NCBI GenBank assembly: GCA_000091205.1
Contig: AP006499.2
DNA length: 64,000 bases
DNA from: Cyanidioschyzon merolae
Lineage: Eukaryota
Direction: 5' to 3' (one strand)
A program made the position numbers and the translations under genes. The notes below the pieces were generated by a model, which searched no databases, had not been told where the DNA came from, and saw only the letters and a list, made by a program, of their open reading frames with translations. The stretch's first letter is position 1. Every line of letters starts with the position of its first letter. Below are positions 43,613-54,130 of this stretch, piece by piece.

Positions 43613-45002
43613 CTACACTAGTCGACTGCTCCTGCCTTTCGATTTTTTCCAACCGTTTTCCAGATTTGCAACCTCGACGTTCAGATTCAACCAATAGGGG
43701 TTTCCAGATTCACCAGTAGTTTCAGGATTCTCGGTGAACGTTCCGGTGCGGCTCCGTCGACGCTCAACCGGTTGCATTCGCTGCGACACCAGAATCAAGA
43801 TGAGTCGCGACCTCCTCGAATTAGCGTATGCAAAATAACAGATTTCTTTATCCGGTTCAAACGAGCATGCCTCGGCTCTTCACCTCGCATGACGAGACGC
43901 ACGCTCCAGTCACGCGTGCTTCAAGCTCACGATTCAGCTGCTTCATGGCAACTCGTGGGCGCAGCAGTCCGCAACGCCAGAGGAACGATGCAAAACACTC
44001 TACGATACGCCATGACGGCTTGATCACAAGCTCCTGCCGACGGCCCGCAGACGATGTCATGTCCAATATTGAGTTCCGCTTGGAAGACAAATCATCCTTC
44101 CTCCGTGGCTATCGACGCAACGAGACTCCACAGCAGCACGGTTTCGCTCACGGGATACGACCCCGGGGGTGCCCGACGCTTCCGTTTACCTGTTGAGGGG
44201 TCTCGGACTCGGTCTCGGTCTCGGACTCGGTCTCGGACTCGAGTCATCGTAGCGAGCGCTTCCAGTCGAGCTGGTGTCGACGCGTTGCACGAAAGGCGCG
44301 TGGACGGATCAGAATTCGTAGACTCGTTTCGCCCGCAGGGTATTCCTTGCGGTGCTTGTTTCATCATGGACAACATCGCGCTCCACAAGTCCTTGACCGA
44401 ACGCAACAGCGTATGCATTCGCTTTCGTACGCAGAAGCAAGCGAATTCGCCGAGCTGGTCACTCTAGGTGAAGCTCATGAGCGTAGGGTGCAGCGGCGGG
44501 CGCGCCAATGCAGGTTGGTATCAGAGGTCACCGCCTGGACCCGTCCAGCGCTTGTAGCGAGCGATGCGACTAGCGCTGGTGACCCAGAAGGCAGGACTCG
44601 GAGAAAACGGTGCGATGGACGGTACGGAAACACCTGCCCAGAGTCAAGCGTTACTGCTGCGAAGGACGTGCACTGAGGCTGCACAATAAGAAGACGAACA
44701 TGGCAAGTGATGCGTAGATCGCAGCGACCGCGAGTGCGCATTGCATTCGTTGACACCAGCCCGAGGCCGAGAAACAGTTGGGACTCGCACACTGCCGTCA
44801 ACACCCTTCGACTGCTGACACCGAATCTGGAGCGACAGAAGAGAACGGTGCCTGTGAAGCCGGAAGTACGCGGCAGGAACAGGAAGCAGTCGCTGAGATA
44901 AACCCCAGAGACTTGATCGCATTCGCAAGAGACCAGAACTTGAGCGTGTGCGTACGAGCTCGCGGAGCGCACCCATGACATTGTCGTTCTTCATGGGTGT
45001 CG
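43613..45002 (+). repeat. Family-X repeat, inverted-repeat arm R (~1.39 kb)
   Basis: Partner of 38546-39927. Carries the family core 'gaagacgaacatggcaagtgatgcgtagatcgcagcgaccg...cccttcgactgctgacaccgaatctggag' at 44694-44850 and an expanded (GAGACC/GAGTCC)n at 44199-44250. Confidence 0.9.
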
Positions 45003-45159
45003 ACAATCGTTGTTTCGATAATCATGTACAAATTGTATACTTAGCCCGATAATATCCCATTTATGTCCATCACCATCTCGATGACGCACTGTCGTCTCTA
45101 CCGGAATCCAATCCGTGTTGACACGACGTTTGTGAACACCCCCGGTTCCTTCCTGAAGC

Positions 45160-46617
45160 ATGCAAAACCGCAGCGATGTTTCACAGATCCCCGAAGACAG
45201 GCGCGTGCGTTATGTCGTTCAGAAGCAGACCGAAATTTTCGATGGAAAGCGCCTCCGTCGGGCGATGGTTCGGAAGACAGTGGACTTGCAGGCGCCTGCA
45301 GCTCGCTGGTTGCTGGACCGTACCTGGCAGCAAGACAGTCGTCAGGGACCGCCGCTGGAGCCCTCAGCTGAATACATCTATCGGCTGCAACCACCCTGTG
45401 CTGCGGCGTTTCGAGAACGGCCGATAACCAACGCCTGTACGCACTTTGTGCAGCACGCGCAGAACAAGCAAAAGTGCGGGATAAACGCCTGCTGCTGGAC
45501 GCCGGAAGGCCGTCGACTCATCACGGGCGCTACGAGCGGCGAGTTTACACTCTGGAATGGTTGGACTTTTAACTTTGAGACGATACTATTGGCCCATAAT
45601 CTGGCGGTGCGCAATATTACCTGGAGCCATGACGGCAAGTTCATGGTCTCAACCGACCAGTCTGGCATTGTAAAGTACTGGCAGAGCAACCTCAACCATC
45701 TGAAGGTATTTCGAGCGCATCAAGAGACAATACGGGACTTGGCCATAGCCCCAACGGATCAGAAACTAGCGACTTGTTCGGACGACCAGACGATCCGGGT
45801 GTTCGACTTTGAGTCGCCCGCTCGAGCGGGTGAGATCCAGGGCTCCCCCGAGCGCATCCTGCGCGGACACGGCTGGGATGTGCGCTCTGTGGACTGGCAC
45901 CCAACGCGCGGCCTCCTTGCGTCTGGTAGCAAGGACTCTCTGATCAAATTGTGGGACCCCAAATCAGGCAAGTGCCTAACGACGATCCATGCGCATAAGA
46001 ATGCAGTTGTGAAAGTGCGGTGGAACCCCAGCAATGCGAATTACCTGCTGAGCGGCTCGCGTGACCAAACCGTCAAGTTGATCGATATTCGGATGATGCG
46101 ATCTGTGCAGAGTTTTCATGGACATCGTCGCGAGGTAACGACGCTGGCCTGGCATCCCATCCAGGAGGATACTTTCGTGTCGGCTGGCTACGACGGTTCG
46201 CTGTTCTTCTGGGTGCTTGGCGATCCTGAGCCGGCGGCAGTCATCCCGAACGCCCATGCGACCCAGGTTTGGGACCTCTCTTGGCATCCGTTGGGGCACG
46301 TGCTCGTAAGCTCCGGCAACGATACGTACACCCGGTTCTGGACTCGGTCGCGGCCAGGAGACGGCATGCGCGATCGCTACCAGCGCAGCAGTTGTCGCTG
46401 GGAGCACGTCAAGCTGTACGCGACTGAAGATGATCCGCTTGTGCGCGAGGTTGAAGAGCTTGAAGCCCTTCAAGGCAACGGCGGGGTCGATGGCTTCGGG
46501 GAATCTCTCCTCGACCGACACGTTATGATGGTGAAGCGCCAGCGGACGACTGCTGCTCAGCGACCTCCTCCAGGTCTGGAATACGTCCAGAATGACGTGC
46601 AGATGACCAAGAGTTGA
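45160..46617 (+). CDS. WDR33: WD40-repeat protein, WDR33/Pfs2/FY-like (cleavage and polyadenylation specificity factor subunit)
   Basis: Seven WD repeats with Pfs2/WDR33-type blocks: RRAMVRKTVD, ITWSHDGKFMVSTDQSGIVKYWQSN, GHGWDVRSVDWHP, LIKLWDPKSG, HKNAVVKVRWNPSNANYLLSGSRDQTVKL, SFHGHRREVTTLAWHP, LVSSGNDTYTRFWTRSRPGD. Confidence 0.8.
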   Translation: MQNRSDVSQIPEDRRVRYVVQKQTEIFDGKRLRRAMVRKTVDLQAPAARWLLDRTWQQDSRQGPPLEPSAEYIYRLQPPCAAAFRERPITNACTHFVQHAQNKQKCGINACCWTPEGRRLITGATSGEFTLWNGWTFNFETILLAHNLAVRNITWSHDGKFMVSTDQSGIVKYWQSNLNHLKVFRAHQETIRDLAIAPTDQKLATCSDDQTIRVFDFESPARAGEIQGSPERILRGHGWDVRSVDWHPTRGLLASGSKDSLIKLWDPKSGKCLTTIHAHKNAVVKVRWNPSNANYLLSGSRDQTVKLIDIRMMRSVQSFHGHRREVTTLAWHPIQEDTFVSAGYDGSLFFWVLGDPEPAAVIPNAHATQVWDLSWHPLGHVLVSSGNDTYTRFWTRSRPGDGMRDRYQRSSCRWEHVKLYATEDDPLVREVEELEALQGNGGVDGFGESLLDRHVMMVKRQRTTAAQRPPPGLEYVQNDVQMTKS

Positions 46618-47299
46618 CAAGATTCGACGTCGATGCGGGGTCGCGCCTTATGCCGTCGGCGTTTGGGAGCGATAACCATTCCGATTCCTCGGAAGAAGTT
46701 CTGAAATCACGGAGTCAAGCAGGCAAGTGCCGGTGTCTCAGATGCAGGTCCAGCAATACTGCAACCGATACGAGTGTGCCCAGGGATTCGATGCCCGATG
46801 GGAGTCAGCAACGCTGCGCTCTGTGTGTGAAGCCTTCCGCCTCGTGCGACATCGGGCGGGCACATTCTGGTATTTCGCTGGATACCAGGGATACGATTCA
46901 TCTTGTACTCGCCTTTGCCGATGAGGCTCAACCCGGAGGTTCCACCACGAGTCGTTTTTCGATAAAGCACGGAGCCTGCGAAAGCAACACATAACCAGTG
47001 AGGCAGGGAACATCACTGGTGGTGCCGCGTACGCGGTTGGTGACTGTGTCACTGTCGCTTCTCTGCCTATGTCGTTTTCTGACAGAGATTATCCGTCCCC
47101 TGTTTCGTATCTCACCAGGTTTTTCATTAGCAAAATCGCTTGGAGCTTCCAGCAGAGTCGGTAGTACTGATCAAATTCCATGGTGGAGTGCTCTGGCTCT
47201 GATACGTGGAAGCGTCGATGACAGCCGGCTGGTAGGCAGTAGATGCTGCAAACGTTCTGATCCGGTGTAAGGAAACGTAGATGCTCACATTCAGGCACG

Positions 47300-48770
47300 A
47301 AGCATAAATTGTAAAACCAGATGATCTGATATATACGGCCAGAAAAGACAAAAAAACATTTCACGACCACGGAGGGTATGTATATGTACCCAGGCGCAGG
47401 CGCCTGCCAGTCTTTTTTGGCCGTCCGCCTGCTATCGGGTTCAGCTTCACCCTGTACACGTCGAGCCGGAGAGGCTGCCTTATAAACTTGGATCGCGTCA
47501 GCTCCGCGGATCTCGTCTTCAGCACCGCTCATCGTCTGATATTAACAGCAGCGTTGTGATCCCGGTTCACGAACTTGTTGCATGCAGTGCTGGTAGTGGG
47601 GAACACCAATGCAGGGATTGCCGGAACTTGCGCCCTCCGTGGTAATACATTCTCGACATCGTCCCGTCGAGCGAGTACCTTTTCTCGTGTATCTCCACTG
47701 TTCTTCTTCATCACTTGCTCTTCTTCGCATGGTGGTCTTAGAGAAGAGTATTTTTTCGTTTTTTTTTCGCTGCAGGCGACGATAATCGCCCTCCAGGATT
47801 CTCGACTTCCATGTCCATAACTTTCCCGTAGATTTTTTATTTCTTCATATGAACGCACTTCTTGATGCTCTTAGACAAGGGCCATCGCGGAGTGAGAAGG
47901 ACCTGCGCAAGAAAGAAGAATTGTGCCCGTGGGCTAAACGTACGGAGAACGCTTCGGCAATTCGCCCAGTGGAGCGATCATGACGTTCCACCCTGGAAAG
48001 TACTCCTTTGATGGTGCTTAACCACCGAGCGTACGTAGGAATGAGAAGCAGCTCTATCCCGGTAGAACTGGCATAAAGATCGAATGCAAATGAATGGTGA
48101 AATGCCACGTTGTCGAACAGAAGAATGTCGGCGGAGCTGCAAGGGAAAAGTCTTCAATGATTCAACAAATTGGGTGCTTTTGTTGCAAGAGCCTTCTCAA
48201 CGAGCGAAACCGTGGCCGGCAAATGAATCCTCTGCAACTAGAAGCTGAAATGATGATATGATCTTTCTCTTGCATGTCTTTTCTAATTACAACGAGCGCC
48301 CTGCTCGGCGAATACCCATATACGCTCCGACCGTTTCGTCTGAAGGACTTTTCAACGATTGAAAAAAACAAACCGATGTCTCTGTGATGCATACCGACCG
48401 CAGCGTTCCAGGAACGCTATCGTTGCGTGAACTAGGACGCTCGTTTTGGCGACTGTATTCCAGGGCTTTCAACGCGACACGAACAAGCTGTTGAGAAACA
48501 GCGACACCCGCGATGGCTACGATCGTCGCTTTTGCTTTTCATACGGCAATCAACGAGTCGCTCTCTACCATGGACTGCAAGAACGCTTCGACAATACCAG
48601 TTTTTGGCGCGGAACGCATCTACTTGTTTCTTTCACTGTTCCTCAACCATCTGAGTACAGTTGGATGACTGAACTGAATGAGGAATACAGTCCTCCTTGT
48701 ACTGTTCAGTACATAATATATATCCTACAGACGATTCGTCTACGATCTAACCAGTACATTGCGTCGTGAT
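47300..48770 (-). mobile_element. Degenerate TnpB/Fanzor-like element, copy B (~1.45 kb; best-preserved C-terminus)
   Basis: Minus ORF 47529..47858 ends ...KKYSSLRPPCEEEQ...FPTTSTACNKFVNRDHNAAVNIRR. ISDra2-type TnpB has ...YPSSKTCSSCGH...CEACGFVLDRDLNAAINI, i.e. a CxxC zinc finger plus RuvC-III. The body at 47830-48770 aligns with copies A and C. A conserved tail lies at 47300-47530. Confidence 0.6.
47529..47858 (-). pseudogene. TnpB/Fanzor-like nuclease C-terminal fragment (zinc finger plus RuvC-III); upstream body is frameshifted
   Basis: CNKFVNRDHNAAVNIRR terminates the ORF. Upstream minus ORFs 47845..48108 and 48162..48392 are in other frames, and the shared peptide block RxTGRI(A/G)EAFS also occurs in copy A. 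Confidence 0.6.
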
Positions 48771-48993
48771 TTCAGTGCCCCGCTTACTGAACGCGGCATC
48801 GAGCGTGGAACGAATCCTAGTTGAAGGACTTTGAGGAAACCTCAATGCTCGTGTGCCCGCGGGCCGCCGAGCGACACGACCGGGATGCGCGCACGCGCCT
48901 GCGCCACCGGGGCATCGTGCAACGTCCCCCGGAGGCCTGACGGGGTGAAAGCGCCTCACTGGCGAATCGGAGCGCTGTAGTGCGGCTTAGGCT

Positions 48994-51900
48994 GTGCTTC
49001 CGCGTGTATTGGTGTTTCTGCTAGTTCTATCACTGGCAGCACTCGCTCGAATGCAACGTCATATTGCCTTCGTGTGTGCACCCTTATATCGCAGGGCAGT
49101 ACAGCTGCAGAAAAAAGGTGAACACCCCCACGCTGTTTTTCGCAGCTCGAGGTGCAAAGTCGGCGTGCAGCGCCAGGTCCGTTTCACTGTACCCGGGTTG
49201 CGAGCCACGGCCGTGATGCCTACACCAACCCAAGCGCCGGTTCGTGTGCAAGTCCCTCGACGTGAGCTGGGCGAGAAGGCTTTTGGCTTCACTCTCGTCA
49301 GATCTGAATTCGTTCCCGAGATTCAGTCTTATGTGCGCGTGTACAAACACGATAGGTACGGAACCGAGCTGATATCCGTTGTGAACGATGACGAGAACAA
49401 GACGTTTGGAGTCGCGTTTCGTACACCGCCTTCTGATTCGACTGGCGTGCCTCATATACTGGAGCACTCTGTGCTCTGCGGGTCCCGAAAGTATCCCGTT
49501 AAGGAGCCCTTTGTGGAGCTGTTGAAAACCTCTATGAATACTTTCCTGAACGCAATGACGTTTCCGGATAAGACCTGCTATCCGGTGGCTAGCACGAACT
49601 TGCGTGACTTTTACAATCTCGTGGATGTCTATCTTGACGCGGTATTTTTCCCCAGGCTAACACCAGATACGCTTGCGCAAGAGGGGCACCACATAGAGCT
49701 GGATGCCGTCGACCAACCGATGTCGATCAAGGGCGTCGTGTATAACGAAATGAAGGGTGCTTTTTCCTCACCCGAGCGAGTTTTGATGTCTGCGAGCCAG
49801 AGAGCGCTCTTCCCTGACACCACCTATGGTGTTGAAAGCGGTGGAGATCCCGCTGACATACCGCAGCTCACCTGGGAAGCATTCAAGAGTTTCTACGATC
49901 GGTGCTATCATCCAAGTAATGCACGTATTTGGTTCTACGGTGATGACCCCGAGGACATGCGCCTGCAGAAAGTTGCAGAATTTCTCGATGCTTTCGCAGA
50001 ATCGAGCGACCGTCCACCGAGCATGGACCCGAAAGCGACCGCGATTTCCGTTCAGAAGCGTTTCGCCGAACCACGCCGGGTCGAGCTCCCGTATGCCACT
50101 GATGAATCCGGAAAGTTTTACACGACAGTCAACTGGATGCTGCACGATACCGTCGTATCACTCGATGCGGATCGTATGCTCAGTCTCGTTGTTCTGGATC
50201 ACATTCTGCTCGGCAGCTCGGCGGCACCGCTGCGCAAAGCACTCATCGATTCAGGGCTTGGTGAGGACGTCCTCGGTGGTGGCCTCGAATCGGATCTGTT
50301 GCAGATGACCTACAGTGTGGGCATGAAAGGAATTGCTCAAGAGCAGGACACGGAGCGAGTTGCAGACCTGATTTTCGAGACGCTGCGGAAACTGAGTAGC
50401 GAGAAGCTGGATGATAATCTGGTGCTGGCCTCTCTGAACACCATCGAGTTCCGTTTGCGCGAAAATAACACCGGCTCGTTCCCGCGTGGCCTCGCTCTCA
50501 TGCTGCGGGCGATGACCACATGGCTACATGATGCTGACCCAGTTTTGATGCTCAGGTTCGAAGAGCCACTGAAAAAGTTGCGCGAGCGGATTGCGTCCGG
50601 CGAGCCCGTCTTTCAGAAGCTCATCCAGGAGGAGTTTCTGACGAATACGCATCGCGTACAGGTGGTTCTGCGTCCAGACCCTGACTATGCGAAACGCACC
50701 GAGGAGGCCGAGCAAGCCCGTCTGGCTGCCCTGAAACAGTCCCTTCCTGCAGCCGAAATCGAAAAGATCATACAGGAGACACAACGGTTGCGTGCGAAAC
50801 AAGCCGCACCAGACGCTCCAGAGGATCTCGCAAAAGTGCCGTCTCTGCATGTATCCGATCTCGATCGGAAAGTGAAAACTGTTCCGCGTCACGCAGAGAA
50901 CAGAGCTGAGGGTGTAACGATCCTGTCACATCCGCTAGCAACGAATGGTATCGTGTACATCGATGTCGGGTTTGATACGACGCAGGTGCCCTCTGAGCTG
51001 CTGCCTCTTTTGGGTATCTATGCGGAGAGCCTCTTCGAGGTCGGTACCCACAGAGAGGACTTTGTCGCGCTCCAGCGTAGGATCGGACGTGATACTGGCG
51101 GCCTGCGTGCGGCGGTACTAACCACCCAGCAAGTCGACGAGCGCGGCGACGGGGCGGTGATTCAGCGGTTGTTCCTGCGCGGCAAGGCAACCGCAAACCA
51201 GGTTGCCTCCCTGTTTGACATCCTAACCGATGTGCTTCACGAGATCAAGTTTGATGACCGAGAACGGATTAGGCAACTAGTTGTGGAAGAGCGAGCGGGT
51301 CTTGAAACGCGCCTGGTGCCCAGTGGGCATGTAATGACGGCAAGTAGACTGAAAGCGCAGTATCGCCGCAGCGACTGGGTGAACGAACAGCTTAACGGCA
51401 TTTCTTACCTGCGGTACTTGCGCGCACTTCAAAAACGCGTCGAGCAGGACTGGGATCAGGTCAAGGCGGACCTGGAGCGCCTACACCAGTGCGTCATCTC
51501 GCGCCAGGGCGTCATCGTGAACGTGACTTACCCGCAAATTGACGAGGTGATGTCGCACGTGGACGCGTTTCTGGAGGCATTGCCAGCCCGTGCGCTTTCC
51601 GCAGCTGCGGACACGAATGCCGCGCCCGCGCTGGACGGCGTGTCGCTGCGCCCCATGAACGAGGGCCTTGTCATTCCGGCACGAGTGAACTATGTTGGCA
51701 AAGCGGCGAACCTGTTCGACGCCGGCTTCCGTGTCCACGGTGCATTGCTGTTGGCGGCGCGCTACCTGAGCAATACCTATCTCTGGGAAGAGGTTCGAGT
51801 GCGCGGCGGCGCATATGGCGGGTTCTGCCGCCTTGACCCGCGCACGGGCACGTTTCTATTTCTCTCCTACCGAGATCCGAACGTGGAGAAAACCGTCGAT

Positions 51901-52254
51901 ATATACGACGGAGCGTGTGATTTCCTTCGTCGGATCCAACTGAGTCGCGATGAGATTGACAAGTCCATCATCGGCATCATCGGTGACATGGATGCCTACG
52001 AGCTGCCTGACGCGAAAGGTTTCAACAGCGCTCTGCGCTACCTGACAGGAGAGACCGACGAACTGCGACAAAAGAGACGCGATGAGATTTTCAGCGCCAG
52101 GATCGAAGATTTTCGTCGACTTGCGGATGCACTCGCACAAGTTCGGGAGCACGGATCGGTCGTTGTGCTCGGTGCTAGTGAGTCGATTCGTCGTGCGGAA
52201 TCTTGCCTGAAACTCGAACGCGTTGAACCAGCCCTGCCAGGAACAGACGTTTAA
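48994..52254 (+). CDS. PREP: Presequence protease PreP (pitrilysin M16C family), organelle-targeted
   Basis: Inverted zinc motif HILEH within GVPHILEHSVLCGSRKYPVKEPFVELLK is present. Length is ~1000 aa plus a ~90-aa N-terminal extension before the conserved FGFTLVRSEFVPE start. Confidence 0.85.
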   Translation: MLPRVLVFLLVLSLAALARMQRHIAFVCAPLYRRAVQLQKKGEHPHAVFRSSRCKVGVQRQVRFTVPGLRATAVMPTPTQAPVRVQVPRRELGEKAFGFTLVRSEFVPEIQSYVRVYKHDRYGTELISVVNDDENKTFGVAFRTPPSDSTGVPHILEHSVLCGSRKYPVKEPFVELLKTSMNTFLNAMTFPDKTCYPVASTNLRDFYNLVDVYLDAVFFPRLTPDTLAQEGHHIELDAVDQPMSIKGVVYNEMKGAFSSPERVLMSASQRALFPDTTYGVESGGDPADIPQLTWEAFKSFYDRCYHPSNARIWFYGDDPEDMRLQKVAEFLDAFAESSDRPPSMDPKATAISVQKRFAEPRRVELPYATDESGKFYTTVNWMLHDTVVSLDADRMLSLVVLDHILLGSSAAPLRKALIDSGLGEDVLGGGLESDLLQMTYSVGMKGIAQEQDTERVADLIFETLRKLSSEKLDDNLVLASLNTIEFRLRENNTGSFPRGLALMLRAMTTWLHDADPVLMLRFEEPLKKLRERIASGEPVFQKLIQEEFLTNTHRVQVVLRPDPDYAKRTEEAEQARLAALKQSLPAAEIEKIIQETQRLRAKQAAPDAPEDLAKVPSLHVSDLDRKVKTVPRHAENRAEGVTILSHPLATNGIVYIDVGFDTTQVPSELLPLLGIYAESLFEVGTHREDFVALQRRIGRDTGGLRAAVLTTQQVDERGDGAVIQRLFLRGKATANQVASLFDILTDVLHEIKFDDRERIRQLVVEERAGLETRLVPSGHVMTASRLKAQYRRSDWVNEQLNGISYLRYLRALQKRVEQDWDQVKADLERLHQCVISRQGVIVNVTYPQIDEVMSHVDAFLEALPARALSAAADTNAAPALDGVSLRPMNEGLVIPARVNYVGKAANLFDAGFRVHGALLLAARYLSNTYLWEEVRVRGGAYGGFCRLDPRTGTFLFLSYRDPNVEKTVDIYDGACDFLRRIQLSRDEIDKSIIGIIGDMDAYELPDAKGFNSALRYLTGETDELRQKRRDEIFSARIEDFRRLADALAQVREHGSVVVLGASESIRRAESCLKLERVEPALPGTDV

Positions 52255-54130
52255 TTGGACAGTGTAAAAGAAAACAAAAGTGATCGGATAGCGTTTGGTA
52301 GCGCCGCTGCTCATTCGGTTCGAGACGCAAAGCTCGTACGGTGTCGATAGGCTGCGCTCTACCAGTGTGCGTTGTGGCGATTACCTCCTGGTTCGCGTTC
52401 AGGAGCGCAATGGAACGCCCTCGTTCGACAAGCAATGGCATCCATTTGCGTCATCGGGACATGGTTTTAGGTGCTGGATGTTTGTGAACGCCGGCTCTAG
52501 GGCTTCTGCTTGCTCGCGACGCGATATACACGTTGGGACGGGTCAAAGCGTGCTGCGCGTTTGCGAATCCAAAGGCCTCTAATTCCAGTCATCGGTCTGG
52601 TGGCGAGGAGGAATTGCGTGGGCATCTGTGGCGCGGATGCTCGTGTTCGAGCTCGCTGCCCTCCAGAACAGTGGCGGTTTCCCGCATTGCGAGCGTTTTG
52701 CGTCTTTGAAGACTACCGACAATCATACATATATCGAGCCCTGGTACGCAGCACCAGGGTAGCGTCGTTGGTCCGTTCATAGAGGTGCCTTGCGGATCAC
52801 TCAAATGGACTTGTATTCCGGGATATGTATCGTTCGGGACGGACGGCTTTTTCGGCCCGAGACAATGAGAAGCGTGCTCCAAAACAGCATGCGCTCAGAG
52901 AGGGAAAACTATGAAAATGGCTTTTTCAGACCGGCGTAAGCGCCCTGCATGTATGGAGAAATGTCGACGGCCCAAATCCTGACTTGCGTGCTTGTGGACG
53001 AGTGAAGAATTGTTAAGGTTTTCCGCTTCGGCAACGCAAGTACAGAGAGAGATCGAGCCCCGCTGGTTTGCATAGCGTCCGTGCGATTTCCCACACAGAT
53101 CCTACGGGCGTTCCGCGCTAGCGCTCGAAGCAACGATGCACAACGCATCGCCTGGTCTGAAGCTGCAACCGATTCGCTCTGCCGCCCAGCAGCGAAAGCG
53201 GGTCGGTTTGCTGAACAAGTCCTGTCCAACTCACGGTGCCAAATGTATAGGGATCTCTTTCTCGAACCGTTCCTTGCAAAATTATCTCAACCAATAGGGA
53301 CGATCTTTGTGCTTTTACAACACATTTTGTGCAGTAGAGGGGTCTAAACAGACTTTCATTTCAGCACGGCCATTTTTGGCAGTTGGGACATAGACCTCAA
53401 TGCATGCGGGGACACTTGCATGTTCCACCTCGTGGTGGACACTGGTCCGACATGAAACCAAGGCACGATCCGCAGGCACCGCGGATGCCATATGCACGAC
53501 GTGCGCTTTCGCCGTTCAATTTGCAGGCAGCGGCTAGAGCACGATGGGGTCGCGTTCGGGTATCCCGAGTTGTCGTCGTTGTCGTCGACAGGCCCGGGAT
53601 TCGCGGTCTATGCATGGCTGCGCAGCACCCTCGTGGACGCATCACAGCGCGCGCTCGTCTGACGGTACGGCGCACGTGACGGAGCCGCGCGATGGCGAAG
53701 TCGCCACAGGGCTGGCCCGCGTCGCATCGCACCCGCAGGTGCTCGACAACCGTGGCCGGCACGCGTGCAGGCGCCGGTGCGATCTTCCGGATGCTTCTGC
53801 GTCCGCGGCGGCGGCGGCGGCGACGGCAAGTGAAACGCCGCGGCCGTCGCTGTGGATCGCGGGCGGACGACGCACCAGCGCCGGATGTCAGCGCCTACGC
53901 GCGCGATCAGCGACCTGAAGCATCCGCAAGGTTCCGGGCGATTCGCGGCTCTCGGGCGAGCGATGGAGTGCATGCAGGACGGCATAGGCGGCGGCGCCGA
54001 CACGCACACATCGCGCACGAACGACTAGGATTTCTGCTGCTGTTTCGATTACGCACAACTCGTCGAACTGGCTCGTTCGCACTAGCCTGAGCGGAAACTT
54101 GAATAGAAAAGCATTCTGTACTTAAACGAA

